Shown: piece by piece, positions 1 to 12,767 of the stretch
Layout of the letters: each line of letters starts with the position of its first letter
Position numbering within the stretch: position 1 is the first letter of the stretch
Assembly (NCBI GenBank): GCA_965649765.1
Contig: OZ287749.1
Location: forward strand, 42,904,001 to 42,968,000
Reading direction: 5' to 3'
DNA length: 64,000 nucleotides
Origin: Bispira polyomma
Taxonomy: Eukaryota
Notes under the pieces: generated by a model
The model's database searches: none
Told to the model about the DNA's origin: nothing
The model's input: the letters and a program-made list of their open reading frames with translations, nothing else
Position numbers and translations under genes: made by a program

Positions 1-175
1 AATCAAACTCAGTTACATGTCAGTTTTTTCAAGAGGGAAACTGTAAATTTTCCACTGGTCATAAAACGGGGTATAAGTTTTATAAATACACATGCGAAAC
101 ATGTGAAGGAGTACACAAAACAAGTTCATGTAGTGAAAATGTTGCAAAAAAATTAGGGCCCACTGCGACAACTCA

Positions 176-792
176 GTGAAAAAACAAACAGAAATGACAA
201 ATGTTGTTAGTAGAATGGTTTTTCGTTCTGATTTTCACCTATTTAACAAAAATGTACATAAAATGTGTTCATACATGAAGGTCATCAGAGGTGACATTAG
301 TTATTGTGATATGGTTAAAAGTAAAAGGCAAAATGGGTGTAAAATTCACCAAGGTAGCAGTACACGTGTTGATGGAAGTACTGAAAAAAATGTGTCAAAA
401 CAAACAATTGTAAATAAAAGTAAATGTTATGTAAAAATCCAAAATGGGGTGCAGAAAAAGTCCAGTGGACAAAGTAGGAAAAAGGTAGCACAAGTGAGAA
501 CCGAATGGCCAAACAATATGCTAAATCTGTTCTTAATACTGCCAACAAGTACACACAACAATGCTTAGAAATATCACTTCATAACAGGTTTGATAGTTTA
601 ACTGAAGTGAATACTAGGGAGGAAAACAATGTGGCACGTCAACCCACACAAACTATTGACAAAACTAAAAACAATAAGCAGAGGGAGGGAGGTGTGAATA
701 ACGCCAACCCCCAAACTAGTGAGACAATGGAAAACAAGAACAATAGGTCAAGGGAAGGAGGTGCGAATAACACCAACCCCGGCCTCACATAA
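176..792 (+). pseudogene. Gag/ORF1-like remnant of the Ngaro element
   Basis: Frameshifted low-complexity ORFs upstream of pol, with an LHNRFDSL motif and imperfect ~69-bp repeats (REGG.NN.NP). Confidence 0.4.
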
Positions 793-866
793 AACAAAAA
801 GGTGAACGCATAAGTTAAACAGATTACAATGAGTGCATTGTTCAGGGTGACAAGTATAGTGGGGCA

Positions 867-2659
867 TTGAAACAAAAATGCAACAAGACCGGACTCCTTG
901 TAAAAGCTCAGAATAATAGTATTTTTGTCAAATGGCAAGAGCAAAATGAATTCCAATATAGTTTTAACCCCCTTTCTGGGTTAGAAAAACAAATCAAAGA
1001 CAAAAATAGAAACAAACCAGAATCAAATATATTAAAGGCTCATGCACACCTTCACGCTGACGGCAGACATAATTATGCTGGTTTACGAATCCCAATTCAG
1101 TCACAATTGCATGAAGACAAGAGTAAACAGTATTTGAAAAACTATTGGGACAGGCAATCGCCTTTACTAATTAAATACGGTTTCCCCCTGGACTTTAATC
1201 GAAATAACATAACAGAAAGTAATGGCAAAAATCACAAGTCTGCTAGTGAGTTCCCTGAGCATGTGTATACGTACTTGAATGAAGAATGCAGATTGGGTGT
1301 TAGTTGGGTTCATTTGAAAACAAGCCCATCCAAAACTTACATGTCTCCCCTTTAATGACAAGGGATAAATCTAGCTCCGCTAACCGTCAGGTTATTGTCG
1401 ATTTAAGTTGACCCCAAGGGGCCTCAGAAAATGCTGGAGTATCACCAGTTTCCTATCTGGGGACAGATTTCCTTTGTCGTACCCATCTGTAGATAACCTT
1501 ACAAAAGAAGTAATTAAATTAGGAAAGGGCTGTTTGATTTTTAAAGTGGACGTAAGCTGCACCTTTCGTCACGTGCCCATAGATCCAGGAGATATTGACC
1601 TTTTAGGCCTAAAATGGAAATCCTTCTATGAAGATAAATCTTCGCCCTTCGGGTACCAGAACGGGTCCACAATATTTCAGCGACTTTCGGATGTGGTGCG
1701 CTTTATAATGAAATCGGAAGGGCATAGTATTCACAATTATATCGACGATTTCCTTTGTATATTGTTGCCCAGTAAGATTAATCATACTTATGACCAATTG
1801 GAGGAATTATTATCTGAACTTGGCTTTACTGTCAGCCAGAAAAAACTTGTGGCTCCATCCACACAGGTGGTATGTCTAGGGGTAATATTTGACAATATAG
1901 AAGGCACTACCTCGATTTCTAGTGAAAAATTAGGCGAAATTAAAAAATTGTGTAAAATCTGGGAAGTAAAAACTCACTGCACTAAACGTGAATTACAATC
2001 ACAGCTGGGGCTTCTGTTATACGCTGTAAAGTGTATCAAATATTCTAGGGTGTTTCTAAACATAATGCTTGAATTACTCAGAGACAACCACAGTAAAAAA
2101 GGTTCAAAATAACCACTGAATGCAGACATGATCTGAATTGGTTTCAGACATTCATAGACCAAATTAATGGAGTCTCGTTCTTTAACCACAAACCCATAAA
2201 TGGTCAAATTGAATTAGATACATGCCCCTCAGGAGTGGGAGACATCCATGTTTACCACGTATACCAGCTAAACTTACCAGACCATATGCACAATGATAAC
2301 ATTGCATACCTAGAGATGCTAAACATTGTAGTAGCCCTTAAAATATGGGCCAAGAAATGGCAAGGTAAAAAAATGATGGTCAAATGTGACAATCAAGCAG
2401 TGGTAAGTGTTCTACAGAGCGGACGGGAACTTGTGATCCCACACTTTCAATGTATACCAGAAATATATACATGCTAGCCAGCCAAAATTACATAGAACTT
2501 AATGTGGTACACATATTGGGGGTAAAAAACAAAATTGCAGATTTCCTTTCCAGATGGACAGAAACACAAAATAATCATAAATTGCTTTTTCAGTTAGCAG
2601 GTCTAGTACAATTGGTACTAACACACCCAACCACGTTAAAAGTAAATCACAATATTTGA
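867..2659 (+). pseudogene. pol (reverse transcriptase + RNase H), frameshifted
   Basis: ORF pieces 867-1355, 1408-2112 (YIDD), 2235-2477 (LEMLNIVVAL, KCDNQAVV) and 2450-2659 (HILGVKNKIADFLSR) carry RT and RNase H motifs split by frameshifts. Confidence 0.92.
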
Positions 2660-2687
2660 AAATGTATTTGTGTATATAATATTTCAG

Positions 2688-3642
2688 ACAAATGTGCACT
2701 GGAGGTGTGGCACAACATAAAGGCCCTTGAGAGACTGAATGCAGCTTTTGCCCCATCAACTGCAAAAGCCTATGACAGAATGCACAGACTATTCTTGGCC
2801 TTTGGCATTTTTATGTCCTGGTGTCACTTAAAGGTGAACGTCTTTTAATTATTAGCATTCTTAGAGTTCTTCCACTATAATTCTGTTTCAGTCTCTTAAA
2901 TGGCCAACCATTTGTCGGCTATTAAAGCCAAGTGCATTGTGTTTGGAGTAAATGTTGAAGCTTTTAAGGATCCTAGCATAAGTTACTATAACAAAATACT
3001 GTTAATGCACAGACCCTTGCAGGCTAAGTTAAAATTTTTGTTTGATGTACCTTTGCTCAAACAACTGGTGAAAAAATGTAAAGCCAATTATATGGGGCTA
3101 ATATTCAAGGCAATTTCAGCTTTTTCAGTTTTTCACGTTTGTCTAATTTATGTTCACATTCTGTCAGTGCTTAATCACCACTAAAGCAGCTGGCAAGAGC
3201 CGACGTTATGTTCAAGCAGGGCTTTGCAGTGTTAGTGGTAAAATGGTCTAAAACCTTACAAACAAATGATGTGGTTACGTTATTAACCTTTCCCGTCTTA
3301 CCTGGATCTGACCTGTGCCCGGTCACTGCCATCAAAAATGTTCCGAGTATTACTCCAGCTGGGAAAAATCTTTCCTTGTTCCAATTCAAAATTGATCAAA
3401 ATTGGGTCCCTATAACAGACACAACAGTCAGACTGCACCTAAAAAATGTTCTGCAAATGCTTGGCTTGGACAAGAGTGAATTAACCTTTTATGCCTTCCG
3501 ACGTTCCGGTGCCACCTTTGCTTTCAACAATAATGTTGCCCTACAGGACATACAAAGGCATGGCATCTGGACATCGGACTGTGTATGGCGCTACATAACA
3601 GACTCTGCTCACACAGGCTCTAATGTAGCCGACTGTTTCTGA
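2688..3642 (+). pseudogene. Tyrosine recombinase with premature stops and a frameshift
   Basis: N-terminal AFAPSTAKAY...LLAFLEF (two in-frame TAA), then VKWSKTLQ, LCPVTAI and FYAFRRSGAT...HGIWTSDCVWRY, the catalytic box-II region including the Tyr. Confidence 0.92.
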
Positions 3643-4449
3643 AATGTACTACTCCCTACATAAGATATGGTGTTTGGTGGCTGCACACTTAAAAAGTGTC
3701 AGGTCAGTAATAAATCAGTGGACAAAAAGATATAATTCATATACAGTAACAGTAAATACAAGTTTACTGTCTTATTGGGCATAAGGTCACTTCATGAACA
3801 GAGTACATAATGTACTCATGCTGAATTTAATAATAGTCAAAATCTTCTAAATAAATTTCAATCTCAAAAATCATTAGGGTGACCTTTGTTTATAATTCGC
3901 ATAAACCTTCACTTAATTAATGGTAACCTCAGTCTCAATCACTTCCGGTTACCTTTTGCTAAAACTCAATTTATGGTCTAAAAATCAGTCTAAAATCTTT
4001 AAGGTCACCTTTATCTCAAATCCTAAACTTTGAACTCAAATTATGGTCACCTTAAAAAGTTGTAGGGTGACCTTCAGGCCACCTTAAAGTGTATTGACAC
4101 CAGTGTTAAGGTGACCTTAATAGTAAACTATTACATATTACCTAGTCAATAATAATTATTTAACCGCATTGCTTATCTGTCTCTGTGTTGTAATAATTGA
4201 AACCCGAGGCACTGAGAGATAACCTTGACCTTTGCAAATGACCCCGTCCAGATTATATCTTAGGTATTTTGTTAGTCAGCACTTTTGTTCTGTATGAAAA
4301 CTTGCTTTGAGTTTTTGTAAATGGAATAAAATCCACTCTATTGCAAGAATAAAACTGGAATATCGCAAGATATCGCAATATGAATGTTAGAACAATATTC
4401 ACGCCTATTTGTAAAGTAAAAAACTAAGAGTCCACCCCAAAAACAATAT

Positions 4450-4680
4450 TTGATATCTCACATAAATGGTCTTAAATGTTATCTTAGTCTTAAGCTTAAA
4501 AGTTTGGTCTTTGATTTGGTCCAAAAGATTTTGGTCTTTATCCTAGTGACAGTAGGAAACATATTTGGTTAGTGTTAACTTAGCTCTTAACACTAAAACT
4601 AACAGTGGGCAGTCTTAAAATATTTTAGACATAATGTTAAGCTTTAAGATTAAGTTAAGACTAAGGCATTTTTGAATAGA
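4450..4680. mobile_element. Degenerate MITE, same family as 5480-5712
   Basis: Aligns by eye with 5480-5712 (gtgttaactt.gctcttaacacta.aactaacagt.ggcagtctta). Confidence 0.55.
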
Positions 4681-5049
4681 GATTTAGAGGATTATTTTTA
4701 AACATTTCTTATACAGCAAAACTATAGTCTTGGTAGAGTGCAGACATGGAATATTGTATTTCAGTGGTGTTTTTTTCTGAACATCCTCATAGAGTAGGAG
4801 TTAGGTGAGCTAAGAAGGATTGCTATCTGACAGGCCAGCTTTGTGAAGTGTGAGACTTGCTGGCAGAAGGTGTAAAACGTGTAAGGCTTCACATCCCTGG
4901 TATATAATACAACAGCTTCTGCAACCATTAGTGTTCTAACACCTACGCTGTTACTTGAAATTATGAATAAAAAACTACTGCTGCATTTGGCAGAATGGTT
5001 TGTGCCATTGGTGGTAACACCCAGAGTCGTTGTAAAACTGCAAAATAAC

Positions 5050-5466
5050 TAAAAGAGAGCAGTCAGTAAAGTGCACACCTCCGCCCAAGACCCAGCTGTC
5101 CCAAAAAAAATGTGAAAATAAAAACCAGAGTCCACCCTTCTACCAGGATTCTGGGACAATGGTGCCTTAGTGGTTAATCTGACTGCTTTCTTCATGTGGG
5201 AAAAGCTTGTCGGGTACTCTGCCGCAAGTTCGTGATTTACAGTACAACAGTACCGGTATCCTCCAGCAATTGTTATATTATTAAAACAAAGACAATGTAA
5301 AAACACAGAAAAAATAATTCTACCCAGATCCACTGGATCCTTTAGTGGCACATTTTCAATCAAATTGATTTGGTAGTTTTTTGGGGAATCCTGGTGAGTT
5401 GTGACCACAGGCAAAGAGACCAATGAATGGACACGGTTGAAAACATAACCTCCTTAGCAGAAGTAA
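5050..5466 (+). mobile_element. Non-autonomous Helentron/HINE-like element
   Basis: 5' agagcagtcagtaaagtgcacacctccgcccaag and 3' aaaacataacctccttagcagaagtaa, i.e. subterminal inverted repeat plus 3' stem. Related copies or ends occur at 11710, 21535, 42350, 51094 and 62185. Confidence 0.6.
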
Positions 5467-5479
5467 CATGAGAAGTCAG

Positions 5480-5712
5480 TGGTCGTATTCACAAAAGGTC
5501 TTAACTTAGCCTTAAGTTTAAGAGTTTGGTTTTTCACTGAAAAGGTTAAGATTTTGAATTTAGTCCCAGTGACAGCAAAAACCTAACTCTGGTAAGTGTT
5601 AACTTTGCTCTTAACACTACAACTAACAGTAGGCAGTCTTACATATTTTAGACATCAATGTTAAGCTTAGGACTATGTTAAGACTAAGACTTTTTTTGTA
5701 AATAACGGACCA
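5480..5712. mobile_element. MITE, PIF/Harbinger-like
   Basis: Imperfect TIRs ggtcgtattcacaaaaggtctta ... taagactttttttgtaaataacggacc. Confidence 0.6.
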
Positions 5713-6624
5713 AGCGGCAACATAATTCTCACTCCTTCAAAAATCAGTGTTTTTTTCTTGCTGTGACATCATAAACATGACCCTTCAGTTTCTGGGGATG
5801 ATATTTATTAGCTCTTATTGATTGTCAGCCTTGAGCTGATGGCAGTTTAGTGAAAACAGTAAATCTGCATTGAGGAATTTACAAATTATATCAAAAGAGT
5901 TCATTTCCTATCACCACAAAGCCACACAATGTTTTTTTTATACATCAGGAAAAACCAGCATTTAAGAGTTTATTTTGTAAATTGAAAGGAAATCTGATGA
6001 GTAATTGTATTATGATGTCAAATGTCCTTACAAAGACACACCATGACAGCGCTTGGATTAAGAAAAACTGCTGCATTTGGATATTCTTGTGTACCATTTG
6101 TTTATATTAACACAAACATTCATTGTAAAACTATATAAAATGTACTCCACTCACATGGTAAAGCTATACAAACTTGTGTATTTGGTATGTATGTCTTATA
6201 ACATTTGTTTTTTTATCCAACACTACAGATACAGTATCACATAACAAATTCATTTTGTTACATTTCACTGTTTTAACTGCTTTAATTTGAAATAAATCTC
6301 AATATATTGCCATACACTCACCAAAAGTTAGTCATAGTTTAACTGATGAAGACTATAAATAAACCCTTTGTAGTGCCAGATATTGGGGGACATGGTATTG
6401 AGTTGCAAAGCACTCCCTCTCTCCCCCCCCCCCAACCCCCAACGAAAAGACTGACGGCAAATTATACACAAGAGCTAGTACTACTAAATCATTCTGTGCA
6501 TAAAATTCGGTGTTGTCTTGAGATTTTTTAGCAGTTAATGACAATACTACAGGAAAAATAAAAAATTCACCGTAACTGATTTCGAGAGTATGGAATGAAT
6601 TTCACTGAAACTGTAATTCAAGAG

Positions 6625-7398
6625 TACGGAAGCCTATAGAGGTCAAACCTAAAAAACTTTTTATGTCATAATTACGACATAAAGTTATGTCGTAATTACG
6701 ACATATATCTCATAATTACGACTTATATCTCGTAATTACGAGATAGTGTTATGTCGTAATTTTTTTTAAAACGAAAAACAAACTTTTTTTAAAAACAGAA
6801 AAAAAATATATGCTATGTCGTAATTTCAACATAAGGCTATCTCGTAATTTCAACATAAGGCTATCTCGTAATTTCAACATAAGGTTATCTAGTAATTTCA
6901 ACATAAGCTTATGTCGTAATTTCAACATAAGGAAATCTTTCTCCATAATATAAAATCCATCCCAAAATTTTGGTATTTTTATTTATCTTTTTTATTTATT
7001 AAATAAACATGGATGTTGTAATCATGAGAAAGCCTCATCTCTTAAATACAAGACAGTCTTATGTTGAAATTATGACATAGTGCTATGTTGAAATTACGAC
7101 ATAGCACTATGTTGAAATTACGACATAGCACTGTGTTGAAATTACGACATAGCACCATGTTGAAATTACGACATAGCACTATGTTGAAATTACAACATAG
7201 CATATATTTGTTTTCCATTTTTAAAAAAAGTTTATTTTTTGTTATAAAAAAAATTATGTCATAATTACGACATAACACTATCTCGTAATTACGAGATGTA
7301 AGTCGTAATTGCAAGATATATGTCATAATTACGACATAACATTATGTCGTAATTACGACATAAAAGTTTTTTAGGTTTGACCTCTATAGGCTTCCGTA
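6625..7398. mobile_element. Non-autonomous foldback DNA transposon, IS3EU-like
   Basis: Termini TACGGAAGCCTATAGAGGTCAAACCTAAAAAAC ... GTTTTTTAGGTTTGACCTCTATAGGCTTCCGTA. Arms of ~300 bp are built from ~21-bp repeats. 6-bp TSD CAAGAG at 6619-6624 and 7399-7404, with the empty site at 16523-16528. Confidence 0.9.
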
Positions 7399-8678
7399 CA
7401 AGAGTATATATATATATGGAATGAATTTCACGGCAGAAAAGTATGAGTTCATAAGTTAGAGTTGGAGTAATGGTAAATGCAATCAAAATTGTAAAAATAA
7501 ACACAATCCACGAGTTTGAGTCAGAGTTGCTGTGGAGAAGTTGTGTTGGTGTGTGTATGTGTGTTTTCAATCCCATTCTCACTTTTTATGTTTAAAGAAA
7601 TGTGAGTTTATTTTTATCTCCCTGTTATTTTTGTCCTCCTCTTCTCTCTAAAGCTGACATCTACAGCCCTGATGTAGGTCACATCAACTACATAGCCCCC
7701 CAAGTCTTGGAATTATAATCTAATTATTGTCATGTTGTTGTATTGATCTTTTGGGGGAGGGGGTCTGTGTTTTTTTTCTGTCTGGGGGCGATAAATATCG
7801 GGGAATTGGACGGCTAAGCTTGATCAGATGAGCAGTGGAATGTTTGATCCTGTTCCCCAGGGATGACCAACTCGAAACCAGCCATCTGGATTTGGGCACC
7901 CCCAGCCCCGTAGCAATAATGGAGGCTGTCTCTTAAAGATGATCTATATTGTTGTAGTGTATCTCCAGTCTATGAGGGTCCATGATTGTAATATATATGT
8001 AATATATATATATTTATATTTTATATATATATATTTATATTTTATATATATATTTTTTATAAAAAAATTAGAAATAGAACTACTTCATGTAGTAAAGTGT
8101 ACTTGTTTTAGCAGGCGCAGCCTGATCTTGTTTTCATTCTGAACAAGGGCACCGTCATCTTGGAAATAATATGTAAGCCCTTCATGGATTGGTTGCAAGC
8201 AATCAAGTCATCCAAACTAAGGAATTTTATATGGGCCGATCAGAGAAGTTTTTTCTAAGACGATTTGTGCTTCCATGCAGCCGATAAAAATATGTCTCTG
8301 TGTGTCATATATTTCATTAGAATGAATGGAATCTCTTTTGAATGTATATATTCCACAAAAGCACCCAGAAATCAGCCAGATCTGCCGATTTTTGTTATCC
8401 CTGGACTAAATGAATCTGAAACTTCTGCCAACATCTGCCAACATCTGATCTTATCTGCTGTACATCTGACACATGAAAGTTCTTACACTGTAGGTTTTGG
8501 GATAAAAACATTGGAAAGCATAGGCTGACCTGAATTTCATGTAGAGTAGAATTGCCTCTTAAATGTAGTAAAATATCAACAAACTAACACACTAACTAAC
8601 AAACACAACATCTGTAATATTCAACTTTTAACCAGCCACATCTTCCGGTACTAGATCCTGTTGCTAGAAAGTCAACTA

Positions 8679-8983
8679 AAGCCACGGTCACATATTACCG
8701 GTATGGTAGGCGGTACTAGAAGGTAGCAGAAGTTAATGTAATTTGTCTTTCCGCATATTAGATTGGCTGTTTTATCTATACCAAATATACTCTCTGAAAC
8801 TTGTCCAGATAAGTTTTACAGACAGAAAAAGACGGGAAAATATGTCCAAAACTTTCACTTTGCACGGCCGATTGTAGCAGTTTCAGGAAGAAAGCTAAAC
8901 TTAGGTGAAGTTATAGATAGGGTTCACGATTTTCAAAATGTCTCAAACCACCTATCCATACCTCCATAGTGAGACCGGGGCTT
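8679..8983. mobile_element. MITE (Harbinger-like termini, TA-flanked)
   Basis: TIRs aagccacggtcaca ... gtgagaccggggctt; a longer paralogous copy lies at 17969-18869. Confidence 0.65.
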
Positions 8984-10014
8984 TAGTAATTTTGAGTGAT
9001 TAAACACTTTGGCTGGATATGGGTCTCTTTAAAACAAAATAATGCATCAATCTTATATTACCAGCAGTAAATCCTTGTCCAAGAGTGATTTGGCAGTTTA
9101 GTTTTTCTTAATCTCATAATGTCACTGATATTAAAATTCCTAAACACTATATTGCCATTTCACAATTCAACAGGGATATAAAACCCGCCTTCCAAGCAAT
9201 AAAAATGGATGTGACCTTTCCACATGCAACAGTAACCTGATATAAAATTCACCAAAACACAACCAATTAACAAATATTTAGGAAATTATTGTATTTTGAA
9301 TTTATAGGGTTTGGAACTGCAAAAAAAAAATCTGGCTTTGAGTTGTAAAAGTTTCAAACTATTTTCAATGAAAAGGAATACAAGAGCCTAATACATTTAC
9401 AGTGTCAATGTGTAGGTTTAGGCCAGTTTTAGTGCTTCACTCGTTTTCATGTTTCCATGTATGCGGCTTGTGGTTGCAGTTATAAAATTGCTCCTCAATA
9501 AAATTTAAGGTTCCCCCATGTAGGCAGCTTGCGGTTTTGACTGGTATTAATAAATTCTATTCCGGACCGAATTTTGGCACATCAGCATGCTGGAAGTACT
9601 CAAAAATACACAATTTTCTTTGATGGTTGTTAAATATTATTTAGTATCAAATTGTTCAACTTATTTCTCTTCTGAATAAAATGCTGGAAAATGTTAAGAA
9701 AATGGACCATAAATGAAAAAGTTATTAAATAAAATGCCATATTTGATATCTCCCACAGAAATATAAACGCAATCCAAATCCGCAATTGTAAGCTGCAATT
9801 TTTTTAATACTTTGTTATGCAGTTTAGAAATCATTATTACAGTGTTGTTGTGTAATTTAAGGCAAATTTTTTTAAGCTTCATAAGGCTTCATTTGGATTT
9901 CCAGTTGACATCATGGCACACCTAAAAACATGGCCAAAACCACACATCGTCACTTTAACAATGATTTCCAGTTGGCACTTTAAAGTTTATACCTAATCTT
10001 CTAGATCTATTCAT

Positions 10015-10345
10015 GATTGTTGTCTAGCCGTTAGAGTGTTCGACTTTAAATCAGAGGGTCCCAGGTTCAATCCTCGCTGCAGTCCTAGAGATTGTACCCT
10101 TGGACAATAAGCTTTACACAAAGTATTCCCCCTCTACCCAGGTGTATAAATGGGTTAGGATGCTGTAATAGGTGATAGTATCTGTGCGCCGTATGTGGCA
10201 GCACAGCTAGTATGCTTTCTTTCAGAGCTTAGACTGAACAAATGGTCGACAAGTGATAGAACCCAGGCGGTGGGTGTAAACTGTTAGGTCGGATGAGACC
10301 TTGGATGAGATATCAAACTATAAACCTACTCACATTTACATGTAC
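10015..10345 (+). mobile_element. tRNA-derived SINE
   Basis: A-box-like tgtctagccgttag and B-box ggttcaatcc, followed by a body (gtacccttggacaa...cccaggtgtataaatggg) and a short-repeat tail (cacatttacat). Confidence 0.75.
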
Positions 10346-12767
10346 ACAGTGTCAGTTATAAAATGGCCATATCCAATGAGTGGAAACGTCTAATTTAATC
10401 TATTTAGACTTTTTTGCGATTATTATCTTCAAATCAGTAGATTCTAAGGTGTGACAATCCAACTATAATTCATCTTGTGCCCATTAAACAGAACAAGAAC
10501 TTTAACTTGAGAGATGCTGGTATTATAAGATAGCTTAGAGTGGATAAGCCTTCTTCAGACCTAACGAGGTGAGAGTAATTTCATAATTTGTGAGTATATT
10601 ATTAGAAACTGTTATTGAAATGCTCTTAAGTTATGAATTTACGAATCAAGAATTCGAAGAGCATTAACAAGATTTTATCGGGGTTTAAATACACCTTGTT
10701 CTGATCTGATAAACTTAAGAAGTAAAAAAAAGGACTAAAATATCCCCAGATTTAACATGCTTACACTAAGCTAGTAGTTTTTAACAGTAATCCATACTTT
10801 AAGGCAACCAGTGAAAACATTTCAGTATGGGAATCATCATAGATATGTAAGATCTATGCATTACTTGAAAATAGGGGCTAAATAGAACAAAAAGCACTCA
10901 GTAAAGCACATCTGTGCTTTAGCTACAAACATAGACCTCTGACAGTCGGTTGATACTTGATACCTTAAGTTAGACAAGTATTGAGCTGGGCCACCATCTT
11001 TCAATTCCAATTTCTAGTTTTATGAAATACATGAGTCAGATTATTTTTAAGTTCAGATAACTTGGTATTTTACTATGTAAGTAATTATTAACCACTGACG
11101 TTCAGGACCTATAACTTTTATCTCCAGCCACCAACTTTTTAGAATTGCAGGTCCTGGGATCCACTTACTATTTGACATGACTGTCATACACTGCTTGATA
11201 GCATATCAAAAAGGTGATGAATGATGTTTTTAACCAAAACACCCATCATATCCATATGCACCAAAATTTAATGGTTTGTTCCTCTACAAATTAGTTTTTA
11301 ACTTCCTACTAGGGATCAAATTTGCAATATATTTTTGCAATTGCAATGGATTCATTTTTAAACATTTCTTATACAGCAAAACTATAGTCTTGGTAGAGTG
11401 CAGACATGGAATATTGTATTTCAGTGGTGTTTTTTTCTGAACATCCTCATAGAGTAGGAGTTAGGTGAGCTAAGAAGGACTACTGTCTGACAGGCCAGCT
11501 TTGTGAAGTGTGAGACTTGCTGGCAGAAGGTGTAAAACTTGTAAGGCTTCACACCCCTGGTATATAATACAACAGCTTCTGCAACCATAAGTGTTCCAAC
11601 ACCTACGCTGTTACTTGAAACTATGAATAAAAAACTACTGCTGCATTTGGCAGAATGGTTTGTGCCATTTGTGGTAACACCCAGAGTCGTTGTAAAACTG
11701 CAAAAGAACTAAAAGAGAGCAGTCAGTAGAGTGCATACCTCCGCCCAAGACCCAGCTGTTCCAAAAAATAATGTGAAAATAAAAACCAGGGTCCACCCGT
11801 CTACCAGGACTCTGGGACAATGGTGCCTTAGTGGTTAATCTGACTGCTTTCTTCATGTGGGAAAAGCTTGTCGGTTATTCTGCCGAAAGTTCGTGATTTA
11901 CAGTACAACAGTACCGGTATCCTCCAGCAATTGTTATATTATTAAAACAAAGACAATGTAAAAACACAGAAAAAATAATTCTACCCAGATTAAGAGTTTA
12001 AGAGTTTGGTTTTTCACTGAAAAGGTTAAGGTTTTGAATTTAGTCCCAGTGACAGCAAGAACCTAACTCTGGTAAGTGTTAACTTTGCTCTTAACACTAC
12101 AACTAACAGTAGGCAGTCTTACATATTTTAGACATCAATGTTAAACTTAGGACTATGTTAAGACTAAGACTTTTTTTGTAAATAACGGACCAAGCGGCAA
12201 CATAATTCTCACTCCTTCAAAAATCAGTGTTTTTTTCTTGCTGTGACATCATAAACATGACCCTTCAGTTTCTGGGGATGATATTTATTAGCTCTTATTG
12301 ATTGTCAGCCTTGAGCTGATGGCAGTTTAGTGAAAACAGTAAATCTGTATTGAGGAATTTACAAAGTATATCAAAAGAGTTCATTTCCTATCACCACAAA
12401 GCCACACAATGTTTTTTTTATACATCAGGAAAAACCAGCATTTAAGAGTTTATTTTGTAAATTGAAAGGAAATCTGATGAGTAATTGTATTATGATGTCA
12501 AATGTCCTTACAAAGACACACCATGACAGCGCTTGGATTAAGAAAAACTGCTGCATTTGGATATTCTTGTGTACCATTTGTTTATATTAACACAAACATT
12601 CATTGTAAAACTATATAAAATGTACTCCACTCACATGGTAAAGCTATACAAACTTGCGTATTTGGTATGTATGTCTTAGAACATTTGTTTTTAACATCCA
12701 ACACTACAGATACAGTATTACATAATAAATTCATTTTGTTGTATTTCACTGTTTTAACTGCTATAAT

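Larger units (their letters stand above)
1..4210 (+). mobile_element. Decayed tyrosine-recombinase retrotransposon (DIRS order, Ngaro-like); left end probably outside the window
   Basis: Domain order is gag-like region, RT, RNase H, tyrosine recombinase, with no methyltransferase between RNase H and YR. RT motif KVDVSCTFRHVPIDPGD...PFG...YIDDFL is of the Ngaro type. The right boundary is approximate. Confidence 0.9.
4692..11352 (+). repeat. Tandem segmental duplication, copy A
   Basis: Collinear blocks: 4695-5330 with 11355-11990; 5514-6290 with 11992-12770; 6379-9130 with 16299-19010; 10790-11352 with 19015-19652. Confidence 0.93.

Noticed and set aside
3208-3642. Phage integrase or horizontal transfer from bacteria
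   Set aside because: The YR follows RT and RNase H in the standard DIRS/Ngaro layout.
4750-4810. Micro-exon-like signal (tatttcag ... ag|gtgagc) in the duplicated unit
   Set aside because: No coherent ORF or partner exons; such signals occur by chance and there is no transcript evidence.
6749-7326. Repetitive ORFs (LMLKLRDS and LCRNFNIV repeats)
   Set aside because: They are translations of the 21-bp subterminal repeats of the foldback element.
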